A stretch of DNA of 64,000 nt from an uncultured Thiotrichaceae bacterium (GTDB taxonomy: Bacteria; Pseudomonadota; Gammaproteobacteria; SZUA-229): the NCBI GenBank assembly GCA_964600755.1, contig CAZRKQ010000019.1, forward strand, positions 482 through 64,481, given 5' to 3'. How positions within the stretch are numbered: position 1 is the stretch's first letter; each line of letters starts with the position of its first letter. The position numbers and the translations under genes were made by a program. The notes below the pieces were generated by a model. The model saw nothing but the letters and a program-made list of their open reading frames with translations. It was not told the DNA's origin and made no database searches. Below, in pieces: positions 39,705 to 50,036 of this stretch.

Positions 39705-40934
39705 ATGGCACAAGCACAAGCAGCAACCTTTATCTGGGAAGGCACCAACAAGCAGGGACAACGCATCAGGGGAGAAACGACAGCAACGAGCATCGATGCA
39801 GTTAAAGCCGAGTTGCGCAAGCGTGGAGTTACCCCGAAACCCGGCAAGGTCAAGAGAAAAGGTAAATCGCTCTTTGAAAGCAAGGGTAAGAAAATTACTC
39901 CAGCTGATATCGCCGTATTCAGCCGGCAAATGGCCACCATGCTCAAAGCCGGTGTTCCGCTGGTACAGGCATTTGATATCGTCGGCCAGGGCCACTCGAA
40001 TAAAAACATGACTACAATGATCATGGCAGTTAAGGCCGATGTGGAAGCGGGTGGCACTTTTTCCAGTGCGATCGCCAAACACCCATTACATTTTGACGAC
40101 CTTTTTGTAAACCTGGTCGATGCCGGTGAGGCATCCGGTGCACTCGAAGAACTGCTGGACAAGATCGCCACCTATAAGGAAAAAACAGAAGCGCTGAAAT
40201 CAAAAATCAAGAAGGCCTTAACTTACCCAATAGCCGTACTCGTTGTTGCAGTTGTTGTCACCGCAATTCTGCTGATTTTCGTTGTTCCAACTTTCGCAGG
40301 TCTGTTCGAGGGTTTTGGTGCTGAACTGCCGGCGTTTACTCAAATGGTCGTTAACCTGTCTGACTTCATGATTGCAAAGGGATGGTTGTTAGGCCTGGGT
40401 ATAGCCGCAATATTCACGGCATTCTTTCAAACAAAAAAACGCTCGCGTAAATTTCGCGAAAAGCTTGATGTTATTGTTCTAAAGATACCTGCATTTGGCC
40501 CATTGATATTTAACTCGGCTATCGCACGATTCTCAAGAACACTGTCTACCATGTTTTCTGCCGGTGTGCCGCTGGTGGATGCCATGGCCTCGGTTGCAGG
40601 CGCTGCAGGTAATAGCGTCTTTACCAAGGAGATTTTACGTGTGCGCGATGATATCGCATCAGGAACGACACTACAGGCAAGCCTGTCTCAAAACAAAAAA
40701 CTTTTCCCCAACATGTTGATCCAGATGGTTGGCATTGGTGAGGAATCCGGTGCCCTCGACGAGATGCTTGCCAAGGTTGCTGAGTATTATGAAGCGGAAG
40801 TCGATGATGCAGTCGATAACCTGACTGCACTGATGGAACCGTTGATCATGTCTTTCCTTGCCGTTGTAATTGGTGGCCTGGTGATTGCCATGTACCTGCC
40901 TGTCTTCAAGATGGGTGAGGTTGTCTCACAATAA
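39705..40934 (+). CDS. pilC: type IV pilus platform protein PilC
   Basis: Length is 409 aa with two GspF-like repeats. Position between pilB and pilD is as expected. Confidence 0.9.
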   Translation: MAQAQAATFIWEGTNKQGQRIRGETTATSIDAVKAELRKRGVTPKPGKVKRKGKSLFESKGKKITPADIAVFSRQMATMLKAGVPLVQAFDIVGQGHSNKNMTTMIMAVKADVEAGGTFSSAIAKHPLHFDDLFVNLVDAGEASGALEELLDKIATYKEKTEALKSKIKKALTYPIAVLVVAVVVTAILLIFVVPTFAGLFEGFGAELPAFTQMVVNLSDFMIAKGWLLGLGIAAIFTAFFQTKKRSRKFREKLDVIVLKIPAFGPLIFNSAIARFSRTLSTMFSAGVPLVDAMASVAGAAGNSVFTKEILRVRDDIASGTTLQASLSQNKKLFPNMLIQMVGIGEESGALDEMLAKVAEYYEAEVDDAVDNLTALMEPLIMSFLAVVIGGLVIAMYLPVFKMGEVVSQ

Positions 40935-40944
40935 TAAATTACCT

Positions 40945-41817
40945 TTGGAAATACTCGACGTATTCAGGACAGAGCAGTGGCTGTTTTATACAGCCATTGT
41001 TTTATTCAGCCTTTGTGTAGGCAGCTTTCTGAATGTCGTTATCTACCGCCTGCCAGTGATGCTGGAGCGTGACTGGCGACAGCAGTGTCACGAGTTTCTC
41101 GAGATTGAAACCCCGGCAGATGATAAAGGGGTAAAAATCAGCCTCGCTACACCCGCCTCAAGCTGCCCCCATTGTGGCCATTCTATACGCGCATGGGAAA
41201 ATATCCCTGTCATCAGCTACATCATACTCGGTGGTAAATGCTCCTCATGCAAGACACCTATTTCAATTCAATATCCGGCCATTGAAGCAATCACAGCGCT
41301 CATGTCAGTTACCGTTGCATGGCATTTTGGTGTAACCATACAAACTGCAGGCGGCCTGTTGTTTACATGGATATTGATCGCCCTGACCATGATTGACGTG
41401 CATAAGCAGTTACTGCCAGACAATCTTACCCTGCCATTACTATGGCTGGGTTTGATCTTCGCGCTGTTTGACACCTATACATCGTTGCAGGCCAGTGTCA
41501 TTGGCGCAATTGCAGGATACCTGGTACTTTGGACGGTATTCCAGACATTCAAGCTGGTAACAGGCAAAGAAGGTATGGGATTTGGTGACTTCAAGTTGCT
41601 TGCGGCTATGGGAGCCTGGATGGGCTGGACAATGTTGCCCCAGATCATCCTGGTTTCATCTGTGGTAGGTGCCGTCGCCGGCTCCATCATGCTGGTAACA
41701 GGAAAAGCGCGCACCCAGCAACCTATACCCTTTGGTCCTTATCTGGCAGTCGCAGGCTGGATAGCACTGCTTTGGGGCAATGACATCAACCAGGCCTATC
41801 TCGTCACCCTGCAATAA
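40945..41817 (+). CDS. pilD: prepilin peptidase / N-methyltransferase PilD
   Basis: The sequence aligns along its full length with P. aeruginosa PilD, including the CxxC...CxxC motif, GKCSSC and KEGMGFGDFKLLA. There is no in-frame ATG; a TTG at 40945 gives 290 aa, matching the P. aeruginosa PilD length. The ORF-track ORF begins at 40885, overlapping pilC. Confidence 0.8.
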   Translation: MEILDVFRTEQWLFYTAIVLFSLCVGSFLNVVIYRLPVMLERDWRQQCHEFLEIETPADDKGVKISLATPASSCPHCGHSIRAWENIPVISYIILGGKCSSCKTPISIQYPAIEAITALMSVTVAWHFGVTIQTAGGLLFTWILIALTMIDVHKQLLPDNLTLPLLWLGLIFALFDTYTSLQASVIGAIAGYLVLWTVFQTFKLVTGKEGMGFGDFKLLAAMGAWMGWTMLPQIILVSSVVGAVAGSIMLVTGKARTQQPIPFGPYLAVAGWIALLWGNDINQAYLVTLQ

Positions 41818-42428
41818 TGCTCAGCATAGGCCTTACAGGCGGAATCGGTAGCGGTAAATCCGAAGTTGCCAGACTGTTTCATCAGCTTGGCGTCCCGGTA
41901 ATAGATGCTGATGTCATTGCACATCGACTCGTTCAGCCGGGTGCTGATGCACTCTCTCAAGTTGTCGATGTATTCGGTGAGGCAATTTTAACGCCTGCTG
42001 GTCAGCTGGACAGAACCAAGCTCGCCAGCGTAGTATTCACCAGCCCTGAAATGAAAAAGCAGCTTGAAAGCATTCTCCACCCGCGAGTTCGAGAGCAAAT
42101 CAAGTCTTATAAGGATAAATATAAAAATGAACCTTATATTCTCATTGTGATCCCACTGTTACTTGAATCAGGACAGCGAGATCTTGTCGACAGGGTATTA
42201 ATTGTGAATGCCACAGAATCTGTACGAATCCAGCGCGTCCAGGCAAGGGACGACCGCAGCGAGCTGCAAATCCGTGCAATCATTCAAAACCAGGCCGATG
42301 ATGCGGAACGACAGGCTGCAGCTGATGACAATCTTGATAATAATGGCTCACTTGAAGACCTCCAGCTATCGGTGAACAAGCTTCATCAACAATATTTATT
42401 GCTGGCATCACAGGATAACTTTATGTAA
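41817..42428 (+). CDS. coaE: dephospho-CoA kinase
   Basis: The N-terminus MLSIGLTGGIGSGKSEVARLF carries a P-loop. Length is 203 aa, and the gene overlaps the pilD stop. Confidence 0.85.
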   Translation: MLSIGLTGGIGSGKSEVARLFHQLGVPVIDADVIAHRLVQPGADALSQVVDVFGEAILTPAGQLDRTKLASVVFTSPEMKKQLESILHPRVREQIKSYKDKYKNEPYILIVIPLLLESGQRDLVDRVLIVNATESVRIQRVQARDDRSELQIRAIIQNQADDAERQAAADDNLDNNGSLEDLQLSVNKLHQQYLLLASQDNFM

Positions 42429-42459
42429 TCCAGGATTTATGCAACAATCCCGGCATTGA

Positions 42460-43245
42460 TTGAACGAGCCTCACGTGACCGACTACCTAACATACGAACA
42501 ACCGCTTAACGAACGAATTCGCACGTTCTTCAGGCTCGAAAAACTGTTCAAACAGTTTGCTTTCCATATTAAGCACGGATCAGCATGGGACAACCCCATC
42601 GCAATTGATGCGATTACAGATATCCTGTCATTTACTACTCGAAGCGATATCAAACTTGAAGTACTCAAAGAGCTTGAGCGACAACATTCGCGCCTGGAAA
42701 GACTTACAAAACGCCCACAAATTGACCAGGGTCAACTGACAGCTTTACTGGATCAACAGACGGTATTGATCGGTAGATTGAAATCAACCACAGGGCAGTT
42801 AGGCCAGGAAACCCAGGGCGCTGAACTTTTAAATGCCGTTCGACAAAAAAACTCGGTACCGGGTCCGATCTGTGATTTCGATTTACCGGCGTTCCACTTC
42901 TGGCTGACACGTTCAGAAGATACGCGGCGCGAACATCTGCAGCAATGGTTTGCGCCCTTTATAGTGCTTGAAGAAGCCATCACCATGATCCTGGACGTTT
43001 TAAGAAACTCTGCTGACGACAGCGAAGAAACTGCAGCCAAGGGTTTCTTTCAGAAAGTAATTGATACAAACCAGGCTGTTCAACTGGTGCACATATCGGT
43101 ACCGGTGACGCTGAACTGCTATCCCGAAATAAGCGCAGGAAAACACCGCTTCTCGGTTCGATTTATGCTTAATCCAAATCCGTATACCCGCCCTGAACAG
43201 TGTACCGAAGACGTGGCATTCAGGCTTAGAATCTGCTCTGTCTAG
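42460..43245 (+). CDS. zapD: cell division protein ZapD
   Basis: The N-terminus YEQPLNERIRTFFRLEKLFKQ resembles E. coli ZapD, which begins FEHPLNEKMRTWLRIEFL. Length is 261 aa. Position after coaE is conserved. Confidence 0.8.
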   Translation: MNEPHVTDYLTYEQPLNERIRTFFRLEKLFKQFAFHIKHGSAWDNPIAIDAITDILSFTTRSDIKLEVLKELERQHSRLERLTKRPQIDQGQLTALLDQQTVLIGRLKSTTGQLGQETQGAELLNAVRQKNSVPGPICDFDLPAFHFWLTRSEDTRREHLQQWFAPFIVLEEAITMILDVLRNSADDSEETAAKGFFQKVIDTNQAVQLVHISVPVTLNCYPEISAGKHRFSVRFMLNPNPYTRPEQCTEDVAFRLRICSV

Positions 43246-43296
43246 CCCAGATATTGCATGAGTCCAAAATTCGTGCAGAGCTTAATCAGGGCGATG

Positions 43297-43554
43297 GTCC
43301 ACAGATGAACGCAGATAAACACAGATACTTTTATTGTCCGCAAATAAACGCAAATAAACGCAAATAATTTTTATGTTACTCCAGTACAGGCAGTAGGCCA
43401 GTGTCTCAGGTATAAGCCGCAACAGAGATCAATCGTCCGCGAAAAACGCAAACAAAAACATATCTAGATGGTTTAGTGCTTTTCGCGCCATTCGCGTTTC
43501 TGGCGGACAAATAACGTACTCAATATCTGTGTTGATCTGCGTTCATCTGTGGAC
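43297..43554. repeat. MITE-like element F with roughly 32-bp terminal inverted repeats and internal 10-bp tandem repeats
   Basis: GTCCACAGATGAACGCAGAT at 43297-43316 is the exact reverse complement of ATCTGCGTTCATCTGTGGAC at 43535-43554. The match extends imperfectly to about 32 bp. Inside are three tandem ACGCAAATAA repeats and further nested inverted repeats, TTGTCCGC with GCGGACAA. Confidence 0.7.
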
Positions 43555-43582
43555 TAACCCGGATATTGCCAAACGCGGGCTT

Positions 43583-44530
43583 TCACTTCCACAAAGCACC
43601 TATTGCAGCTATACCCTGCCCACCCGAACGCCACGCCTGCTCAATATCATCAGCTGACACCCCTCCGAGTGCATATACCGGTATATTGATATTATCAACC
43701 ATATCGTGGAAAGCCTCCCACCCCAGAGGTTGAATACCTGGATGGCTGCGTGTTTTCTGTACCGGTGACAGCACAGCAAAGTCAACACCAATAGACTGTG
43801 CATGCTCAAGTTCCTGCCTGTTATGGCAAGAAGCAGCTACAAGATCACTATCTGGCCTGCTATTAATTTTGAGTAATTGCCTGCTGTTTAAATGAATACC
43901 TTCATTTGTTATCGACCTGAGCTGTTCAGGTAAATTAAACAAAAGCTTCGCGGAATTCTGTTTACACAGGCTTGTGCAGAGCTCAATAACTTCGAGTGCA
44001 TACGCCTCGGTGTTGGCTTGCAACCAGGCGTGCGTCAGGCGCAACTGTACCAGCTCAATACCGCCGTGCAATGCTGCTGACAGTCTTTTTTCAAAATCAG
44101 TCACACTGAAAAACTCCCCGGTTACCAGGTAGCGCCCTGGTAATAATAATGCGTTGATTATCGGTATATCCGCTGGAGGAAACACATTTTGATCAAGCCC
44201 ATCAACTGCACGCCATTCTATGCGCTGACCTTCAACACCTCTGGGACTCCCCGAAAAGGACTCGATTTTCCATACATCAAGCAATACAGATTTTTCAGGA
44301 TAATGATACCTGGCCCTGATAAGCGGCCGGCTTGATGTCGGAACGATATCAAGCTCCTCCTTCAACTCACGGGATAATGCAGCTGTAACACGTTCTCCCG
44401 GCTCCAGTTTGCCGCCTGGAAATTCCCAGTAACCACCAAGGTGGGTGCCCTGCTTTCTCTGACTGACAAGAACCTCAGCCTTGTTGTTTACAACAGCTGC
44501 AACTGCAACGTGAATGAATGCGTTATTCAC
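43583..44530 (-). CDS. Nudix (MutT-like 8-oxo-dGTP diphosphatase) fused to a thiamine-phosphate-synthase-like domain
   Basis: The N-terminal Nudix box is GGKLEPGERVTAALSRELKEELDI. The C-terminal half is ThiE-like, with GVDFAVLSPV and ALGGV. Length is 315 aa, matching the Pseudomonas MutT/ThiE-type fusion. Confidence 0.75.
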   Translation of the reverse strand: MNNAFIHVAVAAVVNNKAEVLVSQRKQGTHLGGYWEFPGGKLEPGERVTAALSRELKEELDIVPTSSRPLIRARYHYPEKSVLLDVWKIESFSGSPRGVEGQRIEWRAVDGLDQNVFPPADIPIINALLLPGRYLVTGEFFSVTDFEKRLSAALHGGIELVQLRLTHAWLQANTEAYALEVIELCTSLCKQNSAKLLFNLPEQLRSITNEGIHLNSRQLLKINSRPDSDLVAASCHNRQELEHAQSIGVDFAVLSPVQKTRSHPGIQPLGWEAFHDMVDNINIPVYALGGVSADDIEQAWRSGGQGIAAIGALWK

Positions 44531-44544
44531 TGAACACTGTACTT

Positions 44545-45762
44545 TCAGGTACGATACTCAGCGTTTATCTTCACGTAATCGTAAGACAGGTCTGTTGTCC
44601 ACACTGTTGTCTGTTCACTGCCGCGGTCGAGTGTTACACGTATAGTGATCTCTTCCTGGCCCATCACTGTTTGACCCAAAGCCTCTTCATAACCCTGATC
44701 TCGCCCGCCCTGGCTGACGATACATACATCACCCAGATAGATACTTACATCATTAATATCGAGATCATCAAGGCCTGCGCGTCCCACAGCTGCCAGTATC
44801 CTGCCCCAATTGGGGTCGCTGGCATAAAGCGCAGTTTTCACCAGGGGTGAATGCGCGATGGTATAAGCAACCTTTTTTGCTTCATCAACATTTGCAGCAG
44901 ACTCGACATGTACAGTGACAAATTTTGTCGCACCTTCGCCATCACGAATAATTGACTGCGCAAGCTGAATAAAGACTTCGTTTACGGCCTGTTGAAATTC
45001 AACACTATTGTCACAGTCGCCATCGAGCCTGTGACTGCCTGATGCACCCGTTGCAGCAAGTATGCAGGCATCATTGGTTGAGGTATCGCCATCGACAGTA
45101 ATGCAGTTGAATGAGACATTAACGGCAGACTCGAGGCAATGCTGCAGCCACTCGTGATTTACGGCCGCGTCAGTCACGATAAAAGCGAGCATGGTTGCCA
45201 TATCCGGGCGGATCATACCGGAACCTTTGACGATTCCCGTTATTGTTACTTCAGCACCATCGATCTGCAAGGTTCGCGAACATGCCTTGGCGACAGTATC
45301 GGTAGTCATGATTCCTGCTGCAGCTTGTGTCCATGCATCCGCCTCTAGCCGGGCAGGCAACTGTTTGATGCCTGACTCAATTTTATCCATTGGCAGGTCT
45401 TCGCCTATGACACCGGTTGAAAATGGTAACACTTCATTATCAGTGCAGTTGATAGCACTGGCGAGCAGAGCGCAGCTTTGCTCTGCATCGCTCAGACCCT
45501 GATTTCCGGTACCCGCATTGGCGTTGCCCGAGTTTATTAGCAGTGCACGCGGGCTGGTTTGTGCCAGGTGACTTTTTGCGACTGTTACCGGTGCGGCACA
45601 AAATGCATTGCGGGTGAAAACACCCGCACAGACTGTGTCGGGTTCAAAAGTGATGAGCACGAGATCGGGCATTTGCCCGTTTTTTATTCCTGCGGCAAGC
45701 GCTGCCAGCTGAACGCCCTTAACAGGAAGTATATTTTCCGGTTGCGATAAACCTACTGCCAT
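44545..45762 (-). CDS. argJ: bifunctional glutamate N-acetyltransferase / amino-acid acetyltransferase
   Basis: Length is 405 aa. It is ArgJ-like throughout, including the autoproteolysis site region ATML and the C-terminal YVKINAEYRT. Confidence 0.9.
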   Translation of the reverse strand: MAVGLSQPENILPVKGVQLAALAAGIKNGQMPDLVLITFEPDTVCAGVFTRNAFCAAPVTVAKSHLAQTSPRALLINSGNANAGTGNQGLSDAEQSCALLASAINCTDNEVLPFSTGVIGEDLPMDKIESGIKQLPARLEADAWTQAAAGIMTTDTVAKACSRTLQIDGAEVTITGIVKGSGMIRPDMATMLAFIVTDAAVNHEWLQHCLESAVNVSFNCITVDGDTSTNDACILAATGASGSHRLDGDCDNSVEFQQAVNEVFIQLAQSIIRDGEGATKFVTVHVESAANVDEAKKVAYTIAHSPLVKTALYASDPNWGRILAAVGRAGLDDLDINDVSIYLGDVCIVSQGGRDQGYEEALGQTVMGQEEITIRVTLDRGSEQTTVWTTDLSYDYVKINAEYRT

Positions 45763-48494
45763 TAATCGAGTTTACCGTGGCATTGCTTGAACTTCTTACC
45801 AGAGCCACACCAACAGGGTTCGTTTCGTCCAAGTTTACGTTCACCGCGTACATATGGCTGTTGCTGCTCGCTGGCTGCTCCCGCTTCACTACCTTCTGAT
45901 TTTGCAGGATCCTGCATGCCACCAGCCTGCTGATGCTGGTAGCTGACATTTTCCGGTTGCTGGTGACCTTGCTGTTCCAGGTCATCAACCTCCTCGCGTG
46001 CACGTATCTGCACTTTGGATAGCAGCGTGACCGCCTCGTGTTTGATGCGGTCTAGCAGCTCAGTGAACATGCTGAATGACTCGCGCTTGTACTCCTGCTT
46101 AGGATTCTTTTGTGCATAACCGCGCAAACCAATGCTCTGTCGCAAATAATCCATTGCCGCGAGATGCTCTTTCCATAATTTGTCCAGCACCTGCAGCAAT
46201 ATATATTTCTCATACTGGCGCATCCCCTCAAAACCGACCATTTGCTCTTTAGCTTTATAGTCAGCAACAAGAGTTTCCAGTATTTTGTCACGCAATCCGT
46301 CTTCATTCAGATCTGTATCTTCATCCATCCATTGCGCAATGGGCATGTCCTGACCAAACTCATTATGAATCGCTTCCTGCAGACCTTCGAAATCCCACTG
46401 CTCATCCAGGCTGCCATGAGGAATATATTCAGACACGATGTCATTAACGACATCTTCACGAATATTGTTTACCACATCAGACAAATCTTCGGCAGCCATC
46501 ATTTCATTACGCTGCGAGTAAATCACTTTACGCTGATCATTAGCGACATCATCATATTCAAGCAGCTGTTTACGAATATCGAAGTTATGGCCTTCAACCT
46601 TTCTCTGTGCGTTTTCAATCGCACGTGTAACCCAAGGGTGTTCGATGGCCTCACCGTGCTGCATACCGAGTTTCTTCATCAGTCCACCGACCTTGTCGGA
46701 TGCAAAAATACGCATCAGGTCGTCCTGCATAGAGAGGTAGAAACGGCTTGACCCCGCATCTCCCTGGCGGCCTGAGCGCCCGCGTAACTGGTTATCTACA
46801 CGGCGCGACTCATGACGCTCGCTGCCGACAACGTGCAAGCCACCGGCTTCAATGACCGTCTGGTGGCGCTCATGCCAGTGCTGGGTGATTTTGTGTTTTT
46901 CATCGTCGCTCGCATCCGCTATGCCCTCAAGCTCGGCTTCAAGATTACCGCCAAGAACAATATCTGTACCGCGACCGGCCATATTGGTTGCTATAGTGAC
47001 ATTACCTGGACGGCCTGCCTGGGCAATGATATGCGCCTCATTTTCGTGTTGCTTCGCATTCAGTGTATTGTGTTGAATAGCTTCTTTCTCGAGCAACGCT
47101 GATATTTTCTCAGATACTTCAATGGATGCTGTACCAACAAGAACCGGCTGCTTACGCGCAACGCAGTTCTTGACATCGTTCATGATTGCTTCGTACTTCT
47201 CTTCTTTTGTCAGGAACACCTGGTCTGTCATGTCATCGCGTATCATTACCTGGTTGGTTGGAATAATGATGACTTCCAGGTTGTAGATTTGCATGAGCTC
47301 TGCTGCTTCGGTATCAGCTGTACCAGTCATGCCAGAGAGCTTGCTGTACAGTCTGAAATAATTCTGGAAAGTGATGGATGCCAGCGTCTGGTTTTCGCTT
47401 TGGATCGGTACCCCTTCCTTGGCCTCTACCGCCTGGTGCATTCCTTCCGACCAGCGCCTGCCCGGCATGGTGCGTCCAGTGAATTCGTCAACAATAACAA
47501 CCTGCTTGTCTTTCACAATGTAGTGCACATCACGCTCAAACAATGCGTTGGCGCGTAAGGCTGCATTCAGGTAATGCAGCAGACTTATATTCTTCGCGCT
47601 ATACAGACTTTCATTAGCAGGAAGGATATTTTCATCAATTAGAATTTGTTCAACGCGTTGGTGGCCTTGTTCAGTAATATGAACTGCACGGTGCTTTTCA
47701 TCAACCGAGAAATCTCCTTCTTCAGGCTCATCCTTGCCTGTCATCTTACCTTGCTCCAGCTTCTTCACGATGTCCTTGAAACGCAGGTGCAGTTCACTGC
47801 TGTCATCAACAGCGCCTGAAATGATTAAGGGTGTACGCGCTTCATCAATTAGAATGGAGTCGACCTCATCCACGATGGCAAAATTAAGTTTAGGTTGCAC
47901 CTTGTCTTCTGCAGTAAACGCCATGTTATCGCGCAGATAATCAAAGCCGAATTCATTATTGGTTCCATAAGTGATATCAGCAGCATAAGCCTGTTTCTTC
48001 GTAATATGATCCATTCCGTTCAGACTGACGCCTGTGGTCATGCCCAGGAAGTTATACAAACGCCCCATCCACTCGGCATCACGACTTGCCAGGTAGTCAT
48101 TCACGGTAATGACATGGACGCCTGTACCCGGAATAGCATTCAAATAAGCGGCCAGTGTTGCCACCAGGGTTTTACCTTCACCGGTACGCATTTCAGCAAT
48201 TTTGCCGTTGTGCAGCACCATGCCTCCAATCAACTGCACATCAAAATGCCGCATATGCAACACGCGCTTGCCAGCCTCACGCACAGCTGCAAAAGCCTCG
48301 GGCAATAATTGATCGAGTGATTCTCCATCTGTGTGGCGTTGACGAAATTCCAGCGTCTTTGCCGCCAGCTGTTCGTCACTTAAGGCCTCGAACTCGGGTT
48401 CCAGCTTATTGACAGCCTCAACTGTCTTACGATGCCGTTTAATGATTCTTTCATTACGGCTACCAAATATCTTGCTTGCGAGATTCGAAATCAT
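45762..48494 (-). CDS. secA: preprotein translocase ATPase SecA
   Basis: Length is 910 aa. The N-terminus [29 protein letters not shown] and the C-terminal zinc-finger [14 protein letters not shown] are present. Confidence 0.95.
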   Translation of the reverse strand: MISNLASKIFGSRNERIIKRHRKTVEAVNKLEPEFEALSDEQLAAKTLEFRQRHTDGESLDQLLPEAFAAVREAGKRVLHMRHFDVQLIGGMVLHNGKIAEMRTGEGKTLVATLAAYLNAIPGTGVHVITVNDYLASRDAEWMGRLYNFLGMTTGVSLNGMDHITKKQAYAADITYGTNNEFGFDYLRDNMAFTAEDKVQPKLNFAIVDEVDSILIDEARTPLIISGAVDDSSELHLRFKDIVKKLEQGKMTGKDEPEEGDFSVDEKHRAVHITEQGHQRVEQILIDENILPANESLYSAKNISLLHYLNAALRANALFERDVHYIVKDKQVVIVDEFTGRTMPGRRWSEGMHQAVEAKEGVPIQSENQTLASITFQNYFRLYSKLSGMTGTADTEAAELMQIYNLEVIIIPTNQVMIRDDMTDQVFLTKEEKYEAIMNDVKNCVARKQPVLVGTASIEVSEKISALLEKEAIQHNTLNAKQHENEAHIIAQAGRPGNVTIATNMAGRGTDIVLGGNLEAELEGIADASDDEKHKITQHWHERHQTVIEAGGLHVVGSERHESRRVDNQLRGRSGRQGDAGSSRFYLSMQDDLMRIFASDKVGGLMKKLGMQHGEAIEHPWVTRAIENAQRKVEGHNFDIRKQLLEYDDVANDQRKVIYSQRNEMMAAEDLSDVVNNIREDVVNDIVSEYIPHGSLDEQWDFEGLQEAIHNEFGQDMPIAQWMDEDTDLNEDGLRDKILETLVADYKAKEQMVGFEGMRQYEKYILLQVLDKLWKEHLAAMDYLRQSIGLRGYAQKNPKQEYKRESFSMFTELLDRIKHEAVTLLSKVQIRAREEVDDLEQQGHQQPENVSYQHQQAGGMQDPAKSEGSEAGAASEQQQPYVRGERKLGRNEPCWCGSGKKFKQCHGKLD

Positions 48495-48611
48495 GGTTCT
48501 GGCTTGGGATTATCAGGGAATTGGTGTCTAGTAATAGCGGTTATGCAAAAGCGTGTATTATGCCCGAGATTGTACTCTCGGTCACAGTGAATTATAAATT
48601 GTGGAGATTAT

Positions 48612-49520
48612 TCAGGCTTTGGACTGAACGAATCGAATAGGATCGATTTGGCGGTCATTCAGCAGCACTTCAAAATGTACATGTGGTCCCGTTGATCTGC
48701 CGGTAGATCCCATTTTCGAGATCGTCTGGCCTCTTTCGACACTATCACCAATTTTGACCACAATGTCATCATTGTGCCCATAACGGGTAACGTAGCCATT
48801 ACCATGATTGATTTCGACCAGGTTACCGTAACCATAACGTTCGCCTGACCAGGTTACAACACCGCTGGCAACCGCTTTTACATCACTGCCCTTCTTTCCG
48901 GCAAAATCCATGCCCTTGTGCATCTCGATTTTTCCCGAAAACGGGTCTGTACGCTTGCCATAGTAAGACGATATCCAGCCTTTGCCGATTGGACGGCCGG
49001 CGGGACGTGCTTCTTTCATCAACTCACTGCGCATAATGACATCTTCGAGCAGAGACAGCTGTTGTTCACGGCTCTGCAGCTGTTCATTCAGGTCGGTAAG
49101 GACTGTATTCAGGTCCATGGTGCTGCCTGCGTCAGGCTGATGTGGACCGCCATAGGCCGGTTTGTGTTCAAAGTCGAACTCATCTGAATCCAGCTTGGCG
49201 ACGACCACGAGACGCTGGCCCAGGGCATTCAGGCGGGTTACATTGGCCTGCATCTGGCCGATATGAGCAGCCAGGGCATCAAGGTCAGACTGCGCGTTCT
49301 TGCGGGTCTGCTCGATCAAGGCCTTCTCTGTGGCTATTTTGCCTTCTAATTCATTAAGTTGCACAATTTCCTTGGTGGTATACCCCCACCAGAATCCGGT
49401 AACTGCGAACACCCCGAGAACTGTTAGAATGGTGCTCATACATAACAGTTTTTGCCAGCCATGACCGATCTGGCACTGTACAGGCTTACCTCTGAATTTG
49501 CCAAGAAATATAATGTTCAT
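48612..49520 (-). CDS. M23 family metallopeptidase with a coiled-coil region
   Basis: The C-terminal M23 motifs HKGMDFAG and GSTGRSTGPHVHFE are present. The likely start is MSTILTVLG at 49439. The gene sits between secA and lpxC, as in Pseudomonas. Confidence 0.75.
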   Translation of the reverse strand: MNIIFLGKFRGKPVQCQIGHGWQKLLCMSTILTVLGVFAVTGFWWGYTTKEIVQLNELEGKIATEKALIEQTRKNAQSDLDALAAHIGQMQANVTRLNALGQRLVVVAKLDSDEFDFEHKPAYGGPHQPDAGSTMDLNTVLTDLNEQLQSREQQLSLLEDVIMRSELMKEARPAGRPIGKGWISSYYGKRTDPFSGKIEMHKGMDFAGKKGSDVKAVASGVVTWSGERYGYGNLVEINHGNGYVTRYGHNDDIVVKIGDSVERGQTISKMGSTGRSTGPHVHFEVLLNDRQIDPIRFVQSKA

Positions 49521-49583
49521 TGTTGCTTCTTTTAAGAGTGCATCACTAATAATAATAGACTAATCGTCGGGATTTATTTAGAT

Positions 49584-50036
49584 TTGGACTCATTTAATTC
49601 CAGACTCGATATTTCGCTGAGAAAGCGTACCGAAGAGCTGAGGCGCCTGACTTCACTGCTGCGCAGCGAACTGCCACCTGAAAGTGACGGCCATTACCAT
49701 GTTGCTAATATCCACGACAGAACGCTTGTCATTATGACGGATTCGCCTGTCTGGACCACAAGACTTAGACAGCTTGGGCCAAGGATTCTAACTATTCTGC
49801 AAAACAGCGGCAGTGAAAAACTTCTCCATATTCGAGTTTTCAGCAGACCTGCACAATCGCCAACTGCAAGGCCAACTGAACCTGTAAAAAAGACAAAACC
49901 CAGGCAGATCAGCCGTCAATCAAGCAAGCTGTTAAACCAGACAGCCTCATCTATCGCAGATGACGGATTACGATCAGCATTACTGAAGCTTGCCATGCAT
50001 GTGTCTGATAAACACAAGCCAGAAAATAACGATTAA
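49584..50036 (+). CDS. DUF721-domain protein, DciA-like and a possible replicative-helicase loader
   Basis: Length is 150 aa. The DUF721-like N-terminal region has a basic C-terminal tail. Its orientation is opposite to the flanking genes, and the family assignment is from memory. Confidence 0.5.
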   Translation: MDSFNSRLDISLRKRTEELRRLTSLLRSELPPESDGHYHVANIHDRTLVIMTDSPVWTTRLRQLGPRILTILQNSGSEKLLHIRVFSRPAQSPTARPTEPVKKTKPRQISRQSSKLLNQTASSIADDGLRSALLKLAMHVSDKHKPENND

